From NCBI GenBank assembly GCA_016176465.1, contig JACOXD010000007.1, positions 1 to 55,510 on the forward strand: 55,510 bases of DNA, in the 5' to 3' direction. Both the position numbers and the translations under genes were made by a program. This DNA comes from Candidatus Daviesbacteria bacterium (GTDB taxonomy: Bacteria; Patescibacteriota; Microgenomatia; Daviesbacterales; UBA10151). The notes beneath the pieces were generated by a model, which had not been told where the DNA came from, did no database searches, and saw only the letters and a program-made list of their open reading frames with translations. This document shows positions 7,016 to 15,152 of this stretch, in pieces; position 1 is the stretch's first letter; each line of letters begins with the position of its first letter.

Positions 7016-10000
7016 TAACTCCTTCTTAAAATTTCATCAATTGCATTTATTTGTTGTTGAAAATTGCGAATTTCTTTTTCCATAGAGCTTGTAAAACCCC
7101 CTACCGATTGAGCTTCTTTAATTTTTTGAAGGTGCTCAATAATCAGCTTCTGTAGACTTGCTCGAGCTTTTTGAAGCGAGTCTGAACCGTTAGTGATTAA
7201 TTGTTTTTCGAACTGCCTAACTTGGTTTTCAGTAAAACTTAAGGTCTCATCAAGGATCTTACCAGTTTTATTTACCTTGGTCAAACCGGCGGGTAAAGGA
7301 GTCAGTACTCCGATCAAATCCCAAACTACTGCATTGCTATCACAATTCCTAATATCATTAGCTAAGATAGCCAAATCAGCAGCGGTTAGAAGAATTCCTG
7401 CTATTATTAATGGAGCTATTTCTCCTGCAGGGTCAGATAAATTAACAGGATTATTGACAACATAACTATAAGGATTCAAGGTTTGGGGATTTTGCAGTAT
7501 TCCTTTAATTGGATCCCTAGTTATAAATCTTCCTGTTACAGGGTCATAATACCTTGCTCTTAGGAAGTAGAGGTTTGATTCTGGGTCTAGCTGTTCCCCT
7601 TTGAATAAGTAATTACTCCCTGATCCTGAATTTGTTCTAATATTTCCAAATGGATCATAATCAAAACTGGCAGTTTTAGATCCTGAAGAATTGACCAAAA
7701 ATCTGGTATTTCCTAATCCATCAACTAAAGGATAAATCCTTGAGCTAGATCCAGAAGGACCTTGGCTGATTAAGCCTAACCCATAGGTATAGTAATTTTG
7801 GGCACTGTTACTACCATTGGTTTCTATTAATACTTTAGATAAAGATCCTGAAATATCATTTACAAACCTGGTTGTAGTTGTCCCTTTAACTTTTTGCAAC
7901 CTATTCCCTAATCCATCATAAGTAAAGGTAGTAGTATTTGCTCCTGATTGGTTTGGACCACCCTTATAATAATTAATTACCCCATCATATTCTCCTAAAA
8001 ATAAATCAATATAAGAATCTCCATCTATATTGATAAAAGATGGAGTGCTATTGCTGCCAATATCTAAATTGGAGTAGGTGGCGCTTACAAGCTGGAATGA
8101 TGGGGAAGATTTGTTTCCTATATTTCTATAAAAGCTTACTTTCCCATCAGACTTTCCAACAAACATATCCAAATCTAAATCTTTATCAAAGTCAACAAAT
8201 GCTGGTTTGCTTGATGTGCCTATATCAATTCCTGCAAAAAGTGTTGTATCCACACTAAAACTTGGGTTAGTTGAGGAGCCTGTGTTCCTATAGAATTTGA
8301 CAGTTCCACTATACTCGCCGCTGACTAGATCAAAGTCTCCATCACTGTCGATATCCACAAAACTTGGGTTGCTGTATGATCCTATATCTAATCCTCCATA
8401 TTTCGTTGACTCCTGGACAAATGATGGTGAATTTTTATCGCCGTTGTTTTTATAAAGGTAAAAAACCCCGCTGCTGTTTCCAATAAACAAATCTAGATCA
8501 GTATCCCCATCAATATCCACAAATGAAGGGGCACTCCTTGAGCCTACGTCAATATTTAAGTATCTATCACTCACCTTTGTATAAGATGGTGATGTGTTTG
8601 TTCCATTATTTTGATAAAACTCAATATAACCATCACTATCTCCAATAAATAAATCCAAATCAGAGTCTCCATCTATATCTACAAAAGTTGGGCTAGAATA
8701 ACTCCCAACATCAATATTGGAAAATTTACTACTTGAAATAGTAAATGATGGTTCTGGATTAGGCAGGGTTGTTGATGCTGAAACTAAGCGATCCTCAAAA
8801 TCATAACTTAAGTCTTTAGTACCTAAATCTCCTGTTTGAGAACTTAAGTTGCCGTTTCCATCATATGAAATAGTGCTACCCCCTGTTTTAATTAACTGAC
8901 TATCTTCGTCGTACTCATAAATTATCTCAGTCTCATTTATTTTTTGAAGTTTCCTATTATCTACTTTATCAAAATTATATGAGTATTTTTGGTTATTTGG
9001 ATAAATAGCTTGGGCTAATCTACCTAACAAGTCATAGCTATATTGGGTTATTAGCGCTGTGCTAGATTCTTGAGCAAAAGCAATTTGAGGAGAAAATATA
9101 TCCTTAATTTGATCTACTGCCCCTTGAATTAATTTAGCAAAAGTTTTTAACTGTTGATCGAGTGAAGCAGAGGAACCCACTTGAACGTTGAAAGGACCAA
9201 AAACATTATTATCCTCATTGCTCTCAGTTATACTCCTAGATCTATCAACAACAGCCCAAATATTGTGGGTACCAGCGGTGGAGAAGTCCTCATAAGTCTC
9301 AGTAACTGTAGTTTCCGAACCTGCAGCCAAACCATTAGTATATGAAACACTATCATTGTATGATCCAAAGTCTGGCGCTGTCGAACGATCATAGTAAATA
9401 CCTACTCTAATATATGTACCGCTTGGCACAGAAGTTGTCCCTTGGTTTTTAATAGTTACCTTAATGTCAAAATCCTGATTTGGAGCTGGGTTGGGAATAG
9501 TTAAAGATATTCCTGTAACAATTAAATCAGGCTTATCAGCGGGTGTAGGGCTAGGAGAAGGAGATGGACTTGCACTAGGGCTTGGAGAAGGTGAGGGTGA
9601 TGGGCTGGGTGAAGCTGAAGGTGATGGAGTGGGAGTAGAACTCGGTGAAGGAGAAGGGCTGATGCTAGGACTTGGGGACGGCGTAGGACTAATCGATGGA
9701 CTTGGTGATGGACTTGGTGAGGGCGCTGCTATTACAAAAGCTCCCTCCTCAGTGGATTGAGTGACATTACCAAGTGAGTCTCTTTCGTAAGTGTATTTAG
9801 CCAAAATCTGATTTTGGGAATTAAGATAAGCTAGGCTGGCTAATCTATTTGCGCTATCGTATCCATATTGGCTACTGATTCCATTAGGCAAGTTTTTAGC
9901 CTGCAAAAGATTATTTTTATTGTAAGAGTATGTTGTAACTTGGTTGTTCCAATCAGAAACTGTAGTCAACCTATTTTTGTCATCAAAGGTATATTTAACT

Positions 10001-13000
10001 ACCTTACTACCAGGATATGTCACCTGTGTCAGATTTCCAAGTAAATCATAAAGATAACTAATGGTTTGAGCATATGGATTTTTAGCAGATAAAAGCTGAT
10101 CATATTTATTGTAGGTATAAGTTGTGGTGCCTGATGGATCAACTATCTGAGTTAGATTTCCCCTCGGATCATAAGTATAAGTGACACTAGTACTGTTAGG
10201 GTAAGTAATTTTGCCTAATCTATTTAATGAGTCATAGCTATACTGAGTAGTTATCTGCTTTGCATCAATTCTTTTGCTAATATTTCCGTTTGCATCATAT
10301 TCCCATTTTGTAGTTTTACTTTGTGGAGTAACTGAATCCTTTTGTCTGTTGAGCACATCAAAGCTATGTCTTGTTTTCCTCCCAAGCGCATCGGTGATAA
10401 TCTCTAAGTTTTGATAATTATCATAATCATAGCTAGTCCCCTGACCTAGCGCATCCGTAACAGAAACTAAACTTCCCAGAGTGTTATATGTGTACAATGT
10501 CTCTCCGCCATTTGGCAGTCGAACCTTAATTAAACGACCCTCTAAATCATATGTGTTATTTATAGTTCCAGCTGCAGTTGTTTCTGATAAAAGATTACCA
10601 CTGTTATCATAGCTAAACGTTACTTGCTTACTTTCTTGATCAGTTTTTTTAACTAATCTCCCCAATGAGTCGTACTCATATATTATTTGATGCCCAAGAG
10701 GCTCCTCCTCTTTTATAATTTCCCCAAAACCATTTCTTGTAAAAGAAGTAACTTTGTTTAAGTGATTTGTCGATGAGCTAATCTCACCTAAGCTGTCATA
10801 GGAAAATTTAGTTAATCTTCCTGCCTCATCTATTTGAGAAAGGTTACCTTTAGGATCGTAGATAAACTTTGTTTCTTTAGCTAAGTTTCCATTAACGTTT
10901 TTATATCCATCATCCAAGATTCTAGTAATATTATTTTTATTATCATATTCATAGGTAATTTTTATATTAGAAGGGTCTGTTCGGGATAGCACATTTCCAT
11001 TTGCATCATAAGTAAAGGTTGTTTTATTTAATTTCGGATCAGTAACAGTTATGGGTGAGTACTCTTTGTCATAGCTATATTTAGTAACTCCACCCAAAGG
11101 ATCATAACTTTCCAATACTCTTGCTTTATCATCGTAAACCATCTTGGAAGTTCTCCCATTACTATCAGTTATATTTATAGCTTTATTTGTTTCATCATAG
11201 TTAAAGGAAGAAACTTTACCTGAAGCATCTTTTTGAGTGGCGACCTTGCCCTCCTCTGTATAGGTATTTGTAATTATTGTTTGGCCTAATTTATTGATAA
11301 CTGTGGAGAGTTTGTTGTCTTCAGTATAAGTATATTTGGTCACTCCCCCATTTGGATCAGTGACTGAAATTAGATTACCAATGGAATCATATCCATAATT
11401 AACAGCTCTGTTAGTCCAATCAGAAACAGCACTTACTAGGTTTAATGAGTTGTAAGATAGGACTAAATTGTGTCCTTGATTATCAGAAATAGTAGTTAAT
11501 TTACCTGATGGATCATAGCTATAGTTTATTGAATTGCCATTTTTGTCTACTTGTTTAACTAATTTAAGATCTACCCCGAAGATTAGCTGAACCTGATTCT
11601 TGAGGGTAGCTGTGAACGTACCATCATTATTTGGGAAAAGTGATGAGTTATAAGCCTCATCATCAGGTACATACCCAGTTGTACACGATGATAGATTAAA
11701 GGTTTCTCTTCCAGAAGGTGTCTCAAGAGCCATATATTTGGGATACCAGCCAGAGATAGGTCCTGAAGAACAATTTCCTACTTTATAACCAGGCTTTAGA
11801 TCTGTTAATTTTGCTGGAATAAAAGTCCATCCTTTACCTATGCCTTGCTGGCTACTGGAAAATGATGAGTAGTCTCTTCCAAAAGCTAAGCTCAAATCGC
11901 CAGGGGTCGGAAAACTCATATCAACCGATGAGGTTGAATAGGCACCAATACTTCTAAACAAATTAGCATCCAGTGCTACTGATTCATAAGTTTGTCCACC
12001 TTGTGAGAAAGACCAGTGTATTTCGCTATTCGATTCAGGAACAGCTTCAGAAGCAGTTTTTGTGGAGGTGGCAGAACCATCATCGATTTTATACTCATTA
12101 GGAGTAAAATAATCAACTCCACCGGTTATCCGCCATTGTGTCCCATTTGGCGCACTCTGGAAAGGAGATGTTAGTCTTGGTATTTCATTTGGAGTATCAA
12201 CAAACTTAGGTTGGTGATCTTTAGCCCATTCGAAGTTATTTAAAATACCGTTATCTTTAATCCATTTAACCACTGCTACAACCTTTGCTAGCTGTTTTAC
12301 CTCTTGATAGGAAGGAATCTCATTTGCAAATAAATCATAGTTTTGTGTTTGATGATTGGCAAAATCAATTGCTGCTTTATTCCATGCCGGATCATTACTG
12401 GACAAAATTCCTTCTGTTTCCACTTGCATTTTAACTTGATCAAACACAAAAGTAGTATTTGGGTCATCTTTTTTTAAAGTTACTAGTTGAGGAGAAATCC
12501 ACCAGCGGGAACCGCTTTTTTTATTAGGATCAGGATTATTGGCAGTAAACATATCCAAAACAGATTTATAACCAGGAACAGAAGAACTTATTTTTTGACC
12601 ATTGGCAAAATACCCTTGGACATATTGTTTCATCATATAATCCGCATCCAGTAGATCTTTTCCAAATTGGGTATCCTCTACACCACCTCCGAAAATCACA
12701 TTCATATTAGGATCACCAAAAGCATTATTGTTATCCTTGAATTCTATGCTTACAGTAGGAGTTGAGTTATTAAAAACAACTGCTCTGATTGCTACTGCCA
12801 GATCATCTTTGTCAAATTTTGGTAGTGAGGTATTTTTCACTCCTACAAAAACAATCTTATCTTGAGTGTTATCATAGTAAGCTCCCCTTATATCTGACAT
12901 ATCAGCCAAAAATGTTGCTGCCTCATCAAGTGCTACCCCTCCAACTCTTGTAGAGATATAAGCTTTTAATTCATCTAAAGATTGTGCTTGGCAGATGTTA

Positions 13001-13107
13001 TCTGCGGCGTGGACGGATCTTGGACTAAATGGTAGGGATACTAGAGGTAAGCTAGGTATTAAAATTAAAAGCACACTTAAAAATAGAGCAATTAGCTTAT
13101 GAAACAA
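7015..13107 (-). CDS. Rhs/YD-repeat polymorphic toxin (Rhs-1), 2030 aa, Sec signal peptide
   Basis: Signal peptide MFHKLIALFLSVLLILIPSLPLVSLPFSPRSVHA/AD, then an unknown domain of about 400 aa, then many YD repeats (YSYDPSGKL, YGYDSIGNL, YTYTEDNKL...). These are followed by a Pro/Ser linker, a CARDB-like module (DLIVTGISL...NNVFGPFNVQV), more YD repeats and six FG-GAP/VCBS-like units (FVDIDGDSDLDLFIG...). The Rhs core follows (...RARYYDPVTGRFITRDP...NPVNLSDPAGE, DPAGE at 7434..7420), then a 134-aa C-terminal tip. Confidence 0.95.
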   Translation of the reverse strand: MFHKLIALFLSVLLILIPSLPLVSLPFSPRSVHAADNICQAQSLDELKAYISTRVGGVALDEAATFLADMSDIRGAYYDNTQDKIVFVGVKNTSLPKFDKDDLAVAIRAVVFNNSTPTVSIEFKDNNNAFGDPNMNVIFGGGVEDTQFGKDLLDADYMMKQYVQGYFANGQKISSSVPGYKSVLDMFTANNPDPNKKSGSRWWISPQLVTLKKDDPNTTFVFDQVKMQVETEGILSSNDPAWNKAAIDFANHQTQNYDLFANEIPSYQEVKQLAKVVAVVKWIKDNGILNNFEWAKDHQPKFVDTPNEIPRLTSPFQSAPNGTQWRITGGVDYFTPNEYKIDDGSATSTKTASEAVPESNSEIHWSFSQGGQTYESVALDANLFRSIGAYSTSSVDMSFPTPGDLSLAFGRDYSSFSSSQQGIGKGWTFIPAKLTDLKPGYKVGNCSSGPISGWYPKYMALETPSGRETFNLSSCTTGYVPDDEAYNSSLFPNNDGTFTATLKNQVQLIFGVDLKLVKQVDKNGNSINYSYDPSGKLTTISDNQGHNLVLSYNSLNLVSAVSDWTNRAVNYGYDSIGNLISVTDPNGGVTKYTYTEDNKLSTVINKLGQTIITNTYTEEGKVATQKDASGKVSSFNYDETNKAINITDSNGRTSKMVYDDKARVLESYDPLGGVTKYSYDKEYSPITVTDPKLNKTTFTYDANGNVLSRTDPSNIKITYEYDNKNNITRILDDGYKNVNGNLAKETKFIYDPKGNLSQIDEAGRLTKFSYDSLGEISSSTNHLNKVTSFTRNGFGEIIKEEEPLGHQIIYEYDSLGRLVKKTDQESKQVTFSYDNSGNLLSETTAAGTINNTYDLEGRLIKVRLPNGGETLYTYNTLGSLVSVTDALGQGTSYDYDNYQNLEIITDALGRKTRHSFDVLNRQKDSVTPQSKTTKWEYDANGNISKRIDAKQITTQYSYDSLNRLGKITYPNSTSVTYTYDPRGNLTQIVDPSGTTTYTYNKYDQLLSAKNPYAQTISYLYDLLGNLTQVTYPGSKVVKYTFDDKNRLTTVSDWNNQVTTYSYNKNNLLQAKNLPNGISSQYGYDSANRLASLAYLNSQNQILAKYTYERDSLGNVTQSTEEGAFVIAAPSPSPSPSPSISPTPSPSPSISPSPSPSSTPTPSPSASPSPSPSPSPSPSASPSPSPSPTPADKPDLIVTGISLTIPNPAPNQDFDIKVTIKNQGTTSVPSGTYIRVGIYYDRSTAPDFGSYNDSVSYTNGLAAGSETTVTETYEDFSTAGTHNIWAVVDRSRSITESNEDNNVFGPFNVQVGSSASLDQQLKTFAKLIQGAVDQIKDIFSPQIAFAQESSTALITQYSYDLLGRLAQAIYPNNQKYSYNFDKVDNRKLQKINETEIIYEYDEDSQLIKTGGSTISYDGNGNLSSQTGDLGTKDLSYDFEDRLVSASTTLPNPEPSFTISSSKFSNIDVGSYSSPTFVDIDGDSDLDLFIGDSDGYIEFYQNNGTNTSPSYTKVSDRYLNIDVGSRSAPSFVDIDGDTDLDLFIGNSSGVFYLYKNNGDKNSPSFVQESTKYGGLDIGSYSNPSFVDIDSDGDFDLVSGEYSGTVKFYRNTGSSTNPSFSVDTTLFAGIDIGTSSKPAFVDFDKDLDLDMFVGKSDGKVSFYRNIGNKSSPSFQLVSATYSNLDIGSNSTPSFINIDGDSYIDLFLGEYDGVINYYKGGPNQSGANTTTFTYDGLGNRLQKVKGTTTTRFVNDISGSLSKVLIETNGSNSAQNYYTYGLGLISQGPSGSSSRIYPLVDGLGNTRFLVNSSGSKTASFDYDPFGNIRTNSGSGSNYLFKGEQLDPESNLYFLRARYYDPVTGRFITRDPIKGILQNPQTLNPYSYVVNNPVNLSDPAGEIAPLIIAGILLTAADLAILANDIRNCDSNAVVWDLIGVLTPLPAGLTKVNKTGKILDETLSFTENQVRQFEKQLITNGSDSLQKARASLQKLIIEHLQKIKEAQSVGGFTSSMEKEIRNFQQQINAIDEILRRS
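7957..8735 (-). repeat. six FG-GAP/VCBS-like repeat units inside Rhs-1
   Basis: Units of about 45 aa recur with N(I/L)D(V/I)GS.S.P(S/T)FVDIDGD.DLDLF.G...G....Y.N.G....PSF. Confidence 0.75.
9541..9731 (-). repeat. low-complexity Pro/Ser(Thr) linker coding repeat inside Rhs-1
   Basis: Encodes APSPSPSPSPSISPTPSPSPSISPSPSPSSTPTPSPSASPSPSPSPSPSPSASPSPSPSPTPA. It is mirrored by a spurious plus-strand ORF of GEGDGLG repeats. Confidence 0.9.
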
Positions 13108-13770
13108 TTAAGGTTTCTCCTTACTTTTTACAACTGAAGGCAGTTTTTGATCACTTTTAAGTTTTTTTACTTTTAACTCCTTTTTAATTGAGCCCATAAG
13201 CTTACTTTTATCCTTGTTTACCAATTTAGGTTCTGTAAAGATTGTTTCATCGCTTTGTGTAAAATAGTTAACTCTGGCATCAAATTGTATTGTTAAATCC
13301 TCTCCTGGGTTAATTCTTAAGTTGGGAATAACTATGGTATTTTTATCAGAGGATAAATTAGCGCTTCCTTGAAGGTTATGAATATAATTGAGTAAATTCC
13401 TTGGAATATTGGTTTCTAAAGTAATAAAGGAATACTCATTATTTGTGTTGTTATTGATTTTATACTTAAATCTAATAACCTCACCTGAGTCTATCTCTCC
13501 ATTTTTATCCAGGTCACCATTTGGTGTCAGAGAAATATCAGAATCAAGTGTTAAATTATTAGCTGGAGCAGACTCTGGTGTTAAAACCTCTTGAATCTTT
13601 TCTAAGGTAAAGTTAAATAAGTCTTCTAAAAAAAATGCTCCCACCTTGGGAGCAAAGTAAAGGGGAAAACCCAAAAGGACCACAATCATAATTAAGTAAA
13701 ATCTTAATCTATCCGAGAAGTACTTGTAGATTTTGGTCATTTTCTCCATTAACATGTCCTGACCAGACAA
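13108..13770 (-). CDS. membrane-anchored beta-sandwich-like protein, adjacent with no gap to Rhs-1 and possibly translationally coupled
   Basis: 220 aa with an N-terminal TM segment (FYLIMIVVLLGFPLYFAPKVGAFF). Its stop codon at 13108..13110 directly abuts the Rhs-1 ATG (13107). The middle part resembles DUF11/CARDB-type adhesin folds only loosely. Confidence 0.55.
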   Translation of the reverse strand: MSGQDMLMEKMTKIYKYFSDRLRFYLIMIVVLLGFPLYFAPKVGAFFLEDLFNFTLEKIQEVLTPESAPANNLTLDSDISLTPNGDLDKNGEIDSGEVIRFKYKINNNTNNEYSFITLETNIPRNLLNYIHNLQGSANLSSDKNTIVIPNLRINPGEDLTIQFDARVNYFTQSDETIFTEPKLVNKDKSKLMGSIKKELKVKKLKSDQKLPSVVKSKEKP

Positions 13771-13794
13771 TCTTAGTATAACTTTATTTGGCCG

Positions 13795-14289
13795 TCAAGA
13801 CCAGCCTTGGGATTGGTAAACAGCTAGAACTAAAACAGAAGTTGGATGATATTTAATTTGAGTCACTGCTATATAGGACTTAGCTTTTTTCTCCTTGAAT
13901 TCTATCCCTCTGTACTCACAAAGATCCCTTAAAGAATTATAAATTCTAAGTTTAATCTCAGATTGAACAGCAACTTTTGTTTCTCCAATTATTTCATGTT
14001 CAACAAAAACTCCCCTTCCATCCTCAATCTGATACCAACCTAACCCTGCCGCTATATATTTACCTGTTTCTTGAGAGCGCATTTCAGCTTTAATTACATA
14101 TAATTTATGACCAAATTCCTCCTTCGGAGTTTCATATTTTTTTGCTCTTACAACTTTGGAGCCTGGTGGAATAATTGAAGATAGTGGAATTAAATTGTAA
14201 TTGTAAACTCCAGCCACTTTTAGCGCTCCATCAAATGCTGAAAGTGTTGTTTGACCAATCCCAATCCCTTTGACTACTCTAATAACCAT
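13795..14289 (-). CDS. pdaD: pyruvoyl-dependent arginine decarboxylase
   Basis: 164 aa. TLSAFDGALKVAGVYNYNLIPLSSIIPPGSKVV matches the PdaD/AaxB self-cleavage region (…SS(I)…PP), and the size is typical. Confidence 0.8.
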   Translation of the reverse strand: MVIRVVKGIGIGQTTLSAFDGALKVAGVYNYNLIPLSSIIPPGSKVVRAKKYETPKEEFGHKLYVIKAEMRSQETGKYIAAGLGWYQIEDGRGVFVEHEIIGETKVAVQSEIKLRIYNSLRDLCEYRGIEFKEKKAKSYIAVTQIKYHPTSVLVLAVYQSQGWS

Positions 14290-14326
14290 AAAGTATATTA
14301 TATCATGAATTTAGGCTATAGGATAA

Positions 14327-14737
14327 TTATGCAGGTGTTTTGGGAGTTTGCATAAACTCTGATATTTTTTTTAAAGCTTCATCTGGATTCATCGAGGATT
14401 TTGCTAAAAAACCTTTTGCACCAAGCTCCATCGCAGATTTAACAACATACTCTTGATCCAATGCGGAAAGGATAACAATTGGCCCATTGTAGACATCCGG
14501 AGGATTTTCTTTTAATTTTTTTAAAATGGTAATACCATCTATTTTAGGCATCATAATATCTAATAAAATTAAATCATACCCACCTTGAAGAATTTTTGCG
14601 AGTCCTTCTTCCCCATCAGCAGCTAAATCCACACTAAACCCGCCGTTAGTTAAAAACTCACTATAAATATCTCTTGTATCCTGGTCATCATCTATGAGCA
14701 AAATCTTTCCAGGATAAGTAGGATTCATGCTAGCCAA
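14327..14737 (-). CDS. stand-alone response-regulator receiver (CheY-like)
   Basis: KILLIDDDQDTRDIY..., DLILLDIMMPKIDG and a conserved Lys region (LAKS). No output domain. Confidence 0.85.
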   Translation of the reverse strand: MASMNPTYPGKILLIDDDQDTRDIYSEFLTNGGFSVDLAADGEEGLAKILQGGYDLILLDIMMPKIDGITILKKLKENPPDVYNGPIVILSALDQEYVVKSAMELGAKGFLAKSSMNPDEALKKISEFMQTPKTPA

Positions 14738-14807
14738 TCGCTAACTTATTTTTTAGCAATTAACTCCTCTTATTTTGGTATACCACTACTTGAGATAAAA
14801 GTCAAAA

Positions 14808-15152
14808 CTATTTTTTGGAGCAGCTTAAGCAAAGAGTAGCTATAGGAACAGCTTCTAATCTTTGAGCTTCTATAGCCTTTCCACATCTTTCACATTTTCC
14901 ATACTTGCCTGATTTAAGATATATAAGTGATTTTTTAATCTTTTCAAGTAGGTCTTGAAGCGTTGACTTTAAAGCTACTGCTTGATTGTGAACATCTGCC
15001 ATCCAAGACTCAGTCCCTGGCTCAGAACTTTCTGCTAGACCATCAGTCATCACTGGATCTTTCAGTGATTTTAGATCTTCCTCAACTTTTTTTTGCTGCC
15101 GCAGGAGTTTATTTTTTATTAAGTTAAAATTCACTCGGGTTAGCTTTAACAT
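14808..15152 (-). CDS. DksA/TraR-family C4 zinc-finger protein
   Basis: C-terminal CERCGKAIEAQRLEAVPIATLCLSC preceded by a coiled-coil-like region. The 5' end overlaps the upstream gene by 29 nt. Confidence 0.75.
   Translation of the reverse strand: MLKLTRVNFNLIKNKLLRQQKKVEEDLKSLKDPVMTDGLAESSEPGTESWMADVHNQAVALKSTLQDLLEKIKKSLIYLKSGKYGKCERCGKAIEAQRLEAVPIATLCLSCSKK

Noticed and set aside
7015-7434. Assigning an enzymatic family to the Rhs-1 C-terminal tip
   Set aside because: After the shared hydrophobic/NCD pre-toxin linker, only about 85 predicted helical residues remain, and they have no catalytic motif I recognise. Any nuclease, deaminase or pore-former label would be a guess.
9491-9760. 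Plus-strand ORF encoding GEGDGLGLGEGEG... opposite Rhs-1
   Set aside because: It is the mirror image of the Pro/Ser linker codons (low-complexity antisense frame) and is fully embedded in a 2030-aa gene with clear homology on the other strand. The same applies to 43954..44175 and 44623..44868 opposite the Rhs-2 linkers.
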